The translations under genes were made by a program, and so were the position numbers. Of a stretch of 44,781 nucleotides of DNA, positions 24,001 through 34,559 are shown piece by piece. Origin of the DNA: Leucoraja ocellata (Eukaryota); contig JAWMAR010003537.1 of NCBI GenBank assembly GCA_036785375.1, positions 1 through 44,781 of the forward strand. The letters run 5' to 3'. Every line of letters starts with the position of its first letter. Position 1 is the stretch's first letter. The notes under the pieces were generated by a model, which did not search any database, was not told where the DNA came from, and saw only the letters and a program-made list of their open reading frames with translations.

Positions 24001-26021
24001 CAGGATGAGAAATTGCTCATGCCATCTAGTTACAGATGTGGATGGGAGAGTTACCAATTCCTCAGTTACATAGTATCAACTACCTATAGACACTGGGTGC
24101 ATTCTGTGGATTAAAGGTTTATGCGAATATGCCTAATCTGCATGCTCTAGTCCAAGTTGATACACTTCGGTGGTGGCAAATGTCTGTTGACATGGGTGCA
24201 AACAAGTCAAAATATCCGGTGATAGTTTACCCAAACCTCATTATGGTACACAATATGGGTGTTGGATCACAAAGTATTAAAATACATTGTGAACATTAAA
24301 GACCAAGAAGCTTCCATCGAGGCTCAATCAGCAGTGGAAAATATGTGGCATGCCAGTAGCGATGGTTACATTCTAGCTACACTAAGGAGGAATGTTCTTT
24401 TATGTCTTCCTCCATTTCTGCCTCATCAGACAGGTTTGAAAAATTCAGCAAGTTCCCGCCTCAGGCATTTTTATAGTGCCTGCCGGGCTTAGCCAGCCAT
24501 GGTTCCCACTGATGTGGGGTATGATAGAACCATATATGGTTATTCTAGACACAAGTATTGGTCTTGCTGTGACGCGAGAAACTGTCCTCAGCTTGATATA
24601 ATCAATTCTTTGACTTACAGAGACTGAGAAGACCGTTCCTGCGGCTGGGGTTGTTAAACCAACCATGAACGTGCTCGCTGCAGATCGCAGGGATAGCACC
24701 AAAAAATATTAATATTTCCGCATAAGGAGATGGGAGGTATTTGTTTTATGATATATTGCATATTTGGCACGATGACTGACGTCTTGTAGTTCAGGCTCAT
24801 ATGAGGGCTTGACAAATCATGATGTCTAAAGTGCCATCTACCATACCTAAAGTGCTTCATCATACTGGCTGGGAGGAGTAGAATCCACTCTGGGGAGGTC
24901 ACCCTCTGAGTTCTAGATTATGAAGGAAATCTGCAACTCGAAAACTCCCAGGCCCAGGGACTCAGAGATATGGGGTGTTAACGTTGCGCTTACGTCGCTT
25001 CGCTGAAGGGCTCCAGCTACATCCCTGTCCTTGGGCTAACTCACTTATATGTGGTTATGCTCATAGCCCTGCATGCAGCACAAAAGGTCGAGTCATTTCA
25101 TAAACGTTGACTGGACAGGATGATTATATCTGCAGGCTAAATAACACTTATGTTATGACTTAGTCAAGCAGTATAGACCAGGGGCACCAGATCTCAAACT
25201 AGATGTTCACATATCCCATGAACCTTCGATTGTGTATGGTCACACATCTAGACCAGAATGTTAGATCACTAGAGCCTAGAGACTCTGAACTAGCAATATT
25301 GTTAGTTACATCTCGCGTCAAAAGAAGGTATCACTTCAGACCATCTTCAGGTGATTATGGGTCTGGCTTATACAGGAGTAAATACTGACATTTCAAATCA
25401 CTCCACCAAGGCTGCAACAACCTCAGCAGCAGGGTCATGGAAGTTAGCGGGACCACATCCGAGCGGTTGCAGGATGGTCAATGTAGCAATTTTCCACACA
25501 TTTAGTACTAACCCATTACCAGATCGGGGGAATTTACGAACTCTATGTTAAGTTCTGTTCATAGTTCCTCCCGGGTGAGGGAGGTTACTATTGTCATTAT
25601 TCATGTCTGAATATGATAACATACTTCCTCCCCTGGTCAACTAAGGCAGTGAGTGAAGCATGGACTCGTTCCACAGCATGAAATCACAGATCTTTAAAAT
25701 CTTCACGTAGTCACTCACGTGACTCCGAAGTAAAATAGTAAGATAAACGAGAACTTACCAGTTTGAAGTTTGATCTTTATTTTATAAGGAGTTACGATGA
25801 GGGATTACGTGCCCTCCGCTCCCACCCTCTATTATAAAGGTCAACTGGTATCCTAGTTCTTCTTATCTTACTATGTTTATTTTTACTGTGATTCCACACC
25901 GCTGCTTTGAAGAATGTCGCGCATGCGTGCTGGCGGGGTCTTCATGTAATCCCTCATCGTAACTCCTCATAAAATAAAGATCAAACTTCAAACTGGTAAG
26001 TTCTCGTTTAATCTTACTATT
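21004..26021 (+). mobile_element. DIRS1-type tyrosine-recombinase retrotransposon with decayed ORFs and recognisable terminal structure
   Basis: lITR 21004-21064, ICR 25700-25811, rITR plus extension 25914-26021. RT remnants GHRKYLKFNWMGQ, PAPRLFIKL, YLDE (23470-23610); methyltransferase-like FYVFPPF...QPWFP (about 24395-24507); recombinase HSTKAATTSAA...AGW (about 25399-25477). Confidence 0.92.
22000..22853 (-). mobile_element. GC-rich non-autonomous retroposon E3 with Rex1-type tail, nested in the DIRS
   Basis: TSD GTCAGGA (21993-21999 and 22854-22860); tail CATTTCGTTTGGACCTTAAGGGGTCCAAATGACAAATAAA(TTGTATC)n. Confidence 0.88.
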
Positions 26022-26600
26022 AATCCACATTAAACAGCACTGCCCTGCTTCTTCCCACTCAACCAACCTATACAAGTCACCCCGCAGCCTCATAGAATCT
26101 TCCTCGCAGCCCACACTATCACCCAGCATTGTGTCACCCGCAAACTTATTGTTTCATTTAATTCCATCGTCTAAATCATTAATATATATTGTAAACAACG
26201 GGGGTCCCAGCAGCGATCCTTGCGGCACCCCACTAGTCACTGCCTGCCAGTAGATCCTCGCTCCCCTAGTTTTTCTGGGAGATTGTTTGCGTCGTCCTTA
26301 GTGAAGACAAAACTAAAGTACTCGTTTAACTGGTCTGCCTTTTCATGTTTCCCATTATAAATTCCCATTATAAATCCACCCGTTTCTGACTGTAACGGAC
26401 CTATATTTGCCTTCACTAATCTCTTCCTCTTCACATATCTTTAAAAGATTTTACAGTCAGTTGTTAAATTCTCCGCATGCTTTGTTTCATGCTCTATTTC
26501 CCCGCTCAATGTCCTCCTCTGTTGAATTCTAAATGTCTCCCAGTCCTCCGGTTTGCTGCTTCCTCTGGCCAATGTTTATGCCTCTTTATTGGATTTAACA
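26022..26600 (-). mobile_element. CR1 ORF2 fragments (continuation of the DIRS host element)
   Basis: CACATTT (21000-21006) joins ATCCACATTAAAC (26023 onward); ORF 26237-26434 KRKRLVKANIGPLQSETG. Confidence 0.8.
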
Positions 26601-26744
26601 CGATCTTCATGATCTACATTTTCAATGACCTGAGAATATTTTTGGGCGTAGAAGAGTGAGCAGTGCAAGAGAAGCATTCATGAGAAATAATGGAAATAGC
26701 CCCTTTAGGTATCTATCCTTGTGACTATATTTAATTGTAATTTT

Positions 26745-27015
26745 TGAGATGCCGCATGGATACAGGCCCTTGTGCCTAACGAGTCCATGGTGAACATCGG
26801 CCTGCTGTTCACACTAGTTTATTGTTACCCACTCTCATCCACATCGAACATATAAAAGGCAATAATACACAGCCCATTACACCTACAGATCCGTATATCT
26901 TTGGGATGTGGTAGGAAACCAGAGCCCCCGGAGTAAATCTATGCGGTGGCAACCTCCACACAGACAGCTCCAGAGGTAAGGATCGAACCTGGATCTGTGC
27001 AACTGTGTGGCAGTG
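26745..27015 (-). mobile_element. V-SINE/HE1-like SINE, degraded
   Basis: Minus strand GGTTCGATCC B-box, CTGGTTTCCTACCACATCCCAAAG V-domain-like core, AAGGGCCTGTATCCATGC tail. Confidence 0.7.
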
Positions 27016-27117
27016 TGCACATTAGGACATGAGCAGGAGCATCACATTAAATACACGCTCCGTGCGATTTATAGTGTATGGAGGGATCTCGTCTCCGCAT
27101 CCAACCAACACTGCATT

Positions 27118-29041
27118 TGTCCCAGTGCATTTCATGGGAGAGAGTCAAGTGAACTTTGTCATTGGGTCTCGTCAAGGATTACCCTCCCCTATAATATTTG
27201 TCCGAAAAACAGTTGTGAGGGCTTTGCTCACTATATTAGCAGTACATCCCTCTACTCTTGTAGAATTGGAACGAGCAATGTTTATGGAGATAACCATGTA
27301 TTTACCAGTGGTGTCATTGCCCGTGGAGTGACTCCAGCAGATATACCGATAATGCTTAGCTGTGATTAAATGGTTAAATCAAGGACTGATTCTATCCGTG
27401 CAAAGACATTGACTTTTGACTGACCTGTCATTGATGTCAGTTCAATAGACATTTTGTAACTTTCTTGGGCCCAGAAACATGGCGACTATTTGTACATTAC
27501 CTCGGTGAGGTTGCGAATTTACTAGATTATATGATAAAATAAAGAATTTCACTGCACCTAGCTGCATGTGGCAATAAAGTATCATTGAATCGTTGAATCA
27601 TTGGTTTTGTTGTATTACGGTGCATTAATTTACTAAAACAATGTGAAATATACAATTAATTGACAATTAAATCATAAGGGTTGATAGGTTTAACATAAGC
27701 GTAGGGCAGTGCATGTGCCCAAGGAGTATTTCTACCACACTCAATAGTCAGAAAGAGATGACTGGTGCAGGAAAATATGCAGGGAAACACATGGATCACA
27801 GCATTTGTCGATTTGTAAAACGTCTGTGTGCTCCGGCTAAAGAACATGGAATCCAGACCCCACTGATCATCCCAGATATGTTTTACATTTTCACACACGC
27901 CTACATTATATCATCCAGTGACCTTCACGCAGAAGCGCTCACTTCATGTACGCGGCTTCAGTGTGCAAATGGGAACAATGTGGACACCTCTGGCCTTCGC
28001 TAAACTAGAATATAATGAGCATCCATTCGGTATTTTACGATATCCTACTCATCTGTGTGGTGTGTGACTAGCAATCATACCCACTATATGAACTACCTTA
28101 TAACTCTGTGTCAGATAATCTCTAAACAGATTCCATACAGAATCTAAGAGACATTGATCCCACTGTAAACGTGAAAGTTAATCCCAATCAAACACAGTAG
28201 CCGGGATTTACACGATCAGAATTGATACTCCTGACAGTTTAATCGAAATGATGCAGCATGCAACCAATACGATTGGTAGCTGGAAGTTTGCGAGATATAG
28301 ATTGCGAGGTAGTTTTTTATTTTGTTAGTTGTAATTCATCATCACAGTTTTCAGTGTTTGAGCAGCAGACTGCAAGTGCCTGATTCATTTAGCAGCTCGG
28401 CCGACACAGATGTTTCCTTTCAGTTACATGGTGACCTCTTGCCCATCATTCATAATTTCGCCACAGAAAATGTAGAAGAGGGGGGATATTCTGATTCAGC
28501 ATTCCTTCCTTATGTGAGTGGTGAATCTCTGGAACTCGCTGCCACAGAGGGTAGTTGAGGCCAGTTCATTGGCTATATTTAAGAGGGAGTTAGATGTGGC
28601 CCTTGTGGCTAAGGGGATCAGGGGGTATGGAGAGAAGGCAGGTACGGGATACTGAGTTGGATGATCAGCCATGATCATATTGAATGGCGGTGCAGGCTCG
28701 AAGGGCCGAATGGCCTACTCCTGCACCTAATTTCTATGTTTCTATGTTTATGCTATTAGTCATTCTATCATTTATTCAATGCGTACTCTTATGATAACAA
28801 AGACCGTTTGTGCAGAGCCACATAAACACAAACAATTAGTGTGAGGCGTTAATAAAGTTTAATTTAGTTTTCCCCACATGGATTTAATGGACATGTAGTC
28901 TTGGAGAAGCCACGGGGAACCTGATCGATATGGCAGCGATTTAAAATGGATTTGATATAACATAGGAGTACAAAAGATAACAGATAGATCACACGAGTGG
29001 GCCGTTTGATCTCAGATTATACGTTAGAAACATAGAAACAT
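27118..29041. repeat. Copy B of the duplicated segment, with its own CR1 3'-end insertion at about 28516-28748
   Basis: Colinear with copy A; retains about 27657-27780 and about 27978-28018, which copy A lacks. Confidence 0.95.
27306..27359 (-). other. Candidate 54-nt exon of an unidentified gene
   Basis: aatcacag|CTAAGC...CCACTG|gtaaat with both splice dinucleotides kept in copy A. Reads LSIIGISAGVTPRAMTPL (phase 0) or xKHYRYICWSHSTGNDTT (phase 1). Weak pyrimidine tract; no homologue recognised. Confidence 0.2.
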
Positions 29042-29742
29042 CGGATGAAAGCTGCATACTAAATCTCTTTGCACATATGTGCAATGACAATAAAATATGT
29101 TATTATAAACTTGATCATGAATGATTGTCCAAAATGTTACGTTTTCCCTGCCACATCTGTGTCTCACAATGTTATTAGCCTCACAACTCGCCGTTCAGGC
29201 TGAATTAAAAAAAATGAATGGCATTTCATATTTATTCTGATTCCATTTGATTTCACCTTTCCCCCACATATGATGTGGCTGGAGTCCAACACTCCACCCT
29301 TAGCAAAGAGCAGGAGGAGAACGGAAGCACCTGTGGATTATTTAGAGAAATGAATGTACTGGTTCCAGCCCGAAGCACAGAGCTGCTGAGTGCAAACTAA
29401 CAACTCCAAGATCTGCCCAGCAACACGTGTCTCATACCCACAACTGGCGACGCAATTGGTTAACCAATGGGTCTTTAGGATTCATCATTTAATTGTGCTC
29501 TCTGACAGTTTGGACCCAAAGCCACTCTGGACTGGAAGTGAGAAGTGTAAATGATTAATACTCATTACATCCATTCACAAATCTGCTAGATGCAGTTCTT
29601 GGAGTTGGAGAGGTCTAATAATATTTTGAAGAATTGGACACATGACGATCAGCAATGATTGGGTTGAAGGCTGAACCAGTTTTAAGGGCCTAATGGCTTA
29701 CCTTGCTGCAATCGTTATTGTTCATGTCTAGTCATGATCCTA

Positions 29743-30073
29743 TGCCCCTGTCCCACTTAGGAAACCTGCACAGAAACCTCTGGAGACTTTGCGCCCACCT
29801 AAGGTTTCCGTGCGGTTCCCAGAGGTTTTTGTTAGTCTCCCTGCCTGCTTCCACTACCAGCAAGAAGATGGGTTTCGGCCCGAAACATTGCCTATTTCCT
29901 TTGTTCCATAAATGCTGCTGCACCCGCTGAGTTTCTCCAGCACTTTTGTCTACCTTCCACTACCTGCAACCTCCGGCAACCACCTGCAACCTCCGGGAAC
30001 CGCACGGAAACCTTGGGTGGGGCGCAAAGACTCCAGAGGTTTCCGTTCAGGTTTGCTAAGTGGGACAGGGGCA
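29743..30073. mobile_element. MITE with about 85-bp TIRs, PIF/Harbinger-like
   Basis: TGCCCCTGTCCCACTTAGGAAACCTG... matches ...CAGGTTTGCTAAGTGGGACAGGGGCA; flanks CTA and TTA (TWA-type 3-bp TSD with one mismatch). Confidence 0.85.
29864..29953 (+). mobile_element. 90-bp Penelope-like terminal fragment with partial hammerhead core, inserted in the MITE
   Basis: GAAGATGGGTTTCGGCCCGAAAC...GCTGAGTTTCTCCAGC; flanking direct repeat CTTCCACTACC(A/T)GCAA at 29848-29863 and 29954-29969. Confidence 0.75.
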
Positions 30074-30154
30074 TTACTATAATATTTTTCAATGTACAAC
30101 ATTATTGTTCATGAAATTGCATTACAAATATTTCCCTGGAGCATGTCCCATACG

Positions 30155-30606
30155 CGACAATAGACAATAGACAACAGGTGCAGGAGTAGGCCATTTGGCC
30201 CTTCGAGCCAGCACTGCCATTCAATGTGATCATGGCTGATCATCCCCAATCAGTACCCCGTTCATGCCTTCTCCCCATATCCCCTGACTCCGCTATATTT
30301 AAGAGCCCTATCTAGCTCTCTCTTGAAAGTATACAGAGAACCGGCTCCACCGCCCTCTGAGGCAGAGAATTCCACAGACTCACCACTCTCTGTGCGAAAA
30401 TGTGTTTCCTCATCTCCGTTCTAAATGGCCGACCCCTTATTCTTAAACTGTGGCCCCTGGTTCTGGACTCCCCCAACATCGGGAACATGTTTCCTGCATC
30501 TAGCGTGTCCAAACCCTGAATAATTTTATATTTCAATAAGATCCCCTCTCATCCATCAAATCTCCAGAGTTTACAAGCCCAGCTGCTCCATTCTCTCAGC
30601 ATATGA
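30155..30606 (-). mobile_element. CR1 3' fragment, (ATTGTCT)n-tail subfamily
   Basis: ORF 30312-30536; GACAATAGACAATAGACAA tail on plus strand. Confidence 0.9.
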
Positions 30607-30747
30607 TAAACAGCATAACATGCTAAAAATGACATGTCAGAGAGTTTAAATGTGAATAAATGATGATAATTCACCTTGACTTAATGTCAAATACTTTAGA
30701 ATCTGGCAGAACATAGTGACGGCTTGGCTGGCTTTACTTCTACAGAG

Positions 30748-31156
30748 AGTGTTAGCTATAGGGAGAGGTTGAGTAGGCCAGGTCACTATTTCATGGAGCG
30801 GAGGAGGATGAGGGGTGATCTTATAGGGTACAAAATGATGAGAATAGGGGAATCAAGGACCAGAGGACATGGGTTCAAGGTGAAGGGGAAAAGATTTAAT
30901 AGGAATACGATGGGTAACATTTTCACACACAGGGTGGTGGGTGTATGGAACAAACTGCCAGAGGAGGTAGATGAGGATGGGACTATCCCATCGTTTAAGA
31001 AACAGTTGGACAGGTACATGGATAGGACAGGTTTGGAGGGATATGGACCAAACGCAGGCAGGTGGGACGAGTGTAGCTGGGACATGTTGGTTGGTGCGGG
31101 CAAGTTGGGCCGAAGGGCCTGTTTCCACACTGTATCACTCTATGTTTCTATGACTC
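30748..31156 (+). mobile_element. CR1/HER1-type 3' fragment
   Basis: SYRERLSR...VWNKLPEE...LDRYMD; tail GGGCCGAAGGGCCTGTTTCCACACTGTATCACTCTATG, the same tail type as the SINEs. Confidence 0.85.
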
Positions 31157-31299
31157 TGTCTTTCCGTTTCCACCGCTTCTGCTTTCTGTTGAGACCACAT
31201 TGTCCGCAGTTGCTTGGTCTGCTCATCTCTGCCCACCGAAACCGTTCCATTCCCAAGCATTTCCCCAACATCCGCATGGAATGTAACCCCTTGCCCGAC

Positions 31300-31645
31300 A
31301 GCTCCTGTTTCACCAGCCATGCAGGCAGTCGTCCTAGTTCAGACTGAGATTCACATCCACCTCTGCAGATCACGTGTGCAGCATTTGTCTCCCGCGATGC
31401 TCATTCGTGTACATTGGTGAGACCAAGCGTACACTAGGCGAACGTTTTGATGACCATTTACGCTCTCTCCATAAGGTTCACAGTCAGTTAAGCTCTGCTT
31501 CCCATTCCCACACTGAGCATCTTCCATTGTTAACCTTGGCCTCACACACAGTGGAGAGCAGCACCCGATGATGATCCGCTGGAATATCTTACAATGGAAC
31601 AGTATAAACACCGATTGCTCCAATTTAGAATCATAGCACCCTCCA
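31300..31645 (+). mobile_element. Penelope-like GIY-YIG endonuclease remnant
   Basis: CLPRCSFVYIGETKRTLGERFDDHLRS in ORF 31374-31571. Confidence 0.8.
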
Positions 31646-32215
31646 CATAGAAACATAGAAACATAGAAAATAGGTGCAGGAGTAGGCCATTCGGCCCTTC
31701 GAGCCTGCACTGCCATTCAATATGATCATGGCTGATCATCCAACTCAGTATCCTGTACCTGCCTTTTCTCCATACCCATTGATCCCTTTAGCCACAAGGG
31801 CCACATCTAACTCCCTCTTAAATATAGCCAATGAACTGGCCTCAATTACCTTCTGTGGCAGAGAATTCCACAGATTCACCACTCTCTGTGTAAAAAATGA
31901 TTTTCTCATCTCAGTCCGAAAAGATTTCCCCCTTATCCTTAATCTGTGACCCCTAGTTCTGGACTTCCCCAACAACGGGAATAATCTTCCTGCATCTAGC
32001 CTGTCCAACCCCTTAAGAATTTTGTAAGTTTCTATAAGATCCCCCTCAATCTTCTAAATTCTAGCGAGTACAAGCCGAGTCTATCCAGTCTTTCTTCATA
32101 TGAAAGTCCTGACATCCCAGGAATCAGTCTGGTGAACCTTCTCTGTACTCCCTCTATGGCAAGAATGTCTTTCCTCAGATTAGGAGACCAAAACTGTACG
32201 CAATACTCCAGGTGT
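31646..32215 (-). mobile_element. CR1 3' fragment, (TTTCTATG)n subfamily
   Basis: ORFs 32032-32265 and 31745-32008; very similar to 16400-16960. Confidence 0.92.
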
Positions 32216-33975
32216 AGGTGAGGCCCAGGAGCTGTTGGTGAGGGAGGAGGAACCCAACTCTGCAATGTTCCATTCGCAGATCACACTTCAAATTAAGTGG
32301 GCTTGAGGAAGCCGCTGATTGGTCGAACAGACTCGAGGAAGCAACTTATTGGCTTGTATCCCGGGTAAGGCTTTGTATTGTATCCAGGATAAGGGGGAGA
32401 ATGAAGGCCAGGGCAGTTCACTGTTCTGGATGTCAGATGTGGGAGGTCATGGAGTCGGAGTGCCCGCCAGACGTCCACATCTGCACCAGGTGCGTCGAGA
32501 TGGGGCTCCTAAGGGACCGTGTTAGGAACCTGGAGCAGCAGCTCGATGACCTCTGTCTGGTCAGGGAGAGCGAGGAGGTCATAGAGAGGAGTTACAGGGA
32601 GGTGGTCACTCCAAGACCACGGGAGACAGACAACTGGGTCACAGTTAGGAAGGGCAATGGGCAGTGGCAGGGTCTAGTGAGTAGCCCGGTGCCTGTGCAC
32701 CTTGAAAATAAGTAACCATATAACCATATAACCATATAACAATTACAGCACGGAAACAGGCCATCTCGGCCCTACAAGTCCATGCCGAACAAACTTTTTT
32801 CCCCTTAGTCCCACCTGCCTGCACTCGTACCATAACCCTCCATTCCCTTCTCATCCATATGCCTATCCAATTTATTTTTAAATGATACCAATGAACCTGC
32901 CTCCACCACTTCCACTGGGAGCTCATTCCACACCGCCACCACTCTCTGCGTAAAGAAGTTCCCCCTCATATTACCCCTAAACTTCTGTCCCTTAATTCTG
33001 AAGTCATGTCCTCTTGTTTGAATCTTCCCTATTCTCAAAGGGAAAAGCTTGTCCACATCAACTCTGTCTATCCCTCTCATCATTTTAAAGACCTCTATCA
33101 GGTCCCCCCTTAACCTTCTGCGCTCCAGAGAATAAAGACCTAACTTATTCAACCTATCTCTGTAACTTAGTTGTTGAAACCCAGGCAACATTCTAGTAAA
33201 TCTCCTCTGTACTCTCTCTATTTTGTTGACATCCTTCCTATAATTTGGCGACCAAAATTGTACACCATACTCCAGATTTGGTCTCACCAATGTTTCATGT
33301 ACTCATGTTTGAGTAAGGGTGGGGGAGACAGCCTACCTGGGGGCAGCGACAGCGGCCGGGCCTCTGGCACAAAGACCAGTCCTGTTGCTCAGAAGGGCAA
33401 GGAAAAGAAGAGGAGGGCAATTGTAATAGGGGACTCTATAGTCAGGGGGTCGGATAGGCAGACAGGAGACCCGGATGGTAGTTTGCCTCCCTGGTGCCAG
33501 GGTCAGGGATGTGTCTGAACATGTCCAAGAAATCCTGAAATGGGAGGGAGGGAGCCTGAGGTTGTGGTGCATATAGGTACCAACGACATAGGTTGAAAAA
33601 GAGAAGAGGTCCTGAAAGGAGAATTTAGGGAGTTAGGAAGAGAGTTAAGGAGAAGGACTGGAAAGGTAACAATATCAGGATTACTGCCTGTGCCACGCGA
33701 CAGTGAGAGTAAGAATGGAGCGAGGTGGAGGATAAATGAGTGGATGAGGGACTGGTGCAGTGGGTATGGATTCAAGTTTCTGGATCATTGGGGCCTCTTT
33801 TGGGGAAGGTGCGACCTGTACAGAAAGGACGGGTTGCACTTGAACTCAAGGGGGACCAATATCCTGGCGGGGAGATTTGCAAAGGCTACTGGGGAAATTT
33901 TAAACTAGAATGGTTGGGGGGAGGGACTCAAATAGGGAAAGCAAGTAGTCAGTGTGTGAGGCAGGAGGCAGAGAA
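32216..33975 (+). mobile_element. CR1 5' region with ORF1 (Cys-rich zinc finger/leucine zipper plus SGNH esterase), interrupted
   Basis: MKARAVHCSGCQMWE...HICTRCVEMGLLRDRVRNLEQQLDDL (32401); IVIGDSIVRG; DGLHLNSRG. Confidence 0.9.
32715..33291 (-). mobile_element. CR1 3' fragment of a distinct subfamily with (ATATGGTT)n tail, inserted in ORF1
   Basis: Uninterrupted ORF 32805-33290 (VRPNLEYGVQFWSP...AGRWD); (TAACCATA)n at 32714-32740. Confidence 0.92.
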
Positions 33976-34432
33976 GGCGGGACTGTCATGTGTTAAAAGA
34001 ATGGAGTGACTGGGCTTGTATACTCTGGAATTTAGAAGGATGAGAGGGCATCTTATTAAAACATATAAGATTATTAAGGGATTGGACATGCTAAAGACAG
34101 GAAACATGTTCCCGATGTTGGGGGAGTCTAGAACCAGGGGGCACATATTAAGAATAAGGGGTAGGCCATTTAGAACGGAGACGAGGAAAAACCTTTTCAC
34201 CCAGAGAGTTGTGAATTTGTGAAATTTTCTACCTCATAAGTCAGTGGAGGCAAATTTTCTGGATGCTTTCAAGAAAGAGTTAGATAGAGCTCTTAAAGAT
34301 AGCGGAGTCAGGGGATATGGGGAGAAGGCAGGAACGGAGTACTGATTGGGGATGATCAGCCATAATCACATTGAATGGCGGTGCTGGCTCGAAGGGCCGA
34401 ATGGCCTAGTCCTGCACCTATTGTCTATTGTC
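33976..34432 (+). mobile_element. CR1 3' fragment, ATTGTCT tail
   Basis: ORF 34016-34222; CTATTGTCTATTGTC end. Confidence 0.88.
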
Positions 34433-34559
34433 AATCGAGAAACATTGCAGAAAGATGCTATCCCATCATTCAGGGTCGCTTCGCTCTTCCATAAGATCAC
34501 AGCGGATGCCGTCTAAGAATCCTCATCACCTTTCCTCTCATTCTCCGTACTCCTTGATG

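Noticed and set aside
27007-27369. Cys-rich 120-aa plus ORF, and resemblance of minus-strand reads to LEAP2 (MTPL), CD74 CLIP or an Ig C2 domain
   Set aside because: The ORF starts in a SINE remnant and is broken in copy A. The resemblances are only a few residues and lack the diagnostic motifs.
32700-32715. CR1 insertion point close to the 5' truncation point of the 12272 copy
   Set aside because: Two different kinds of event about a dozen nt apart; cannot be distinguished from coincidence.
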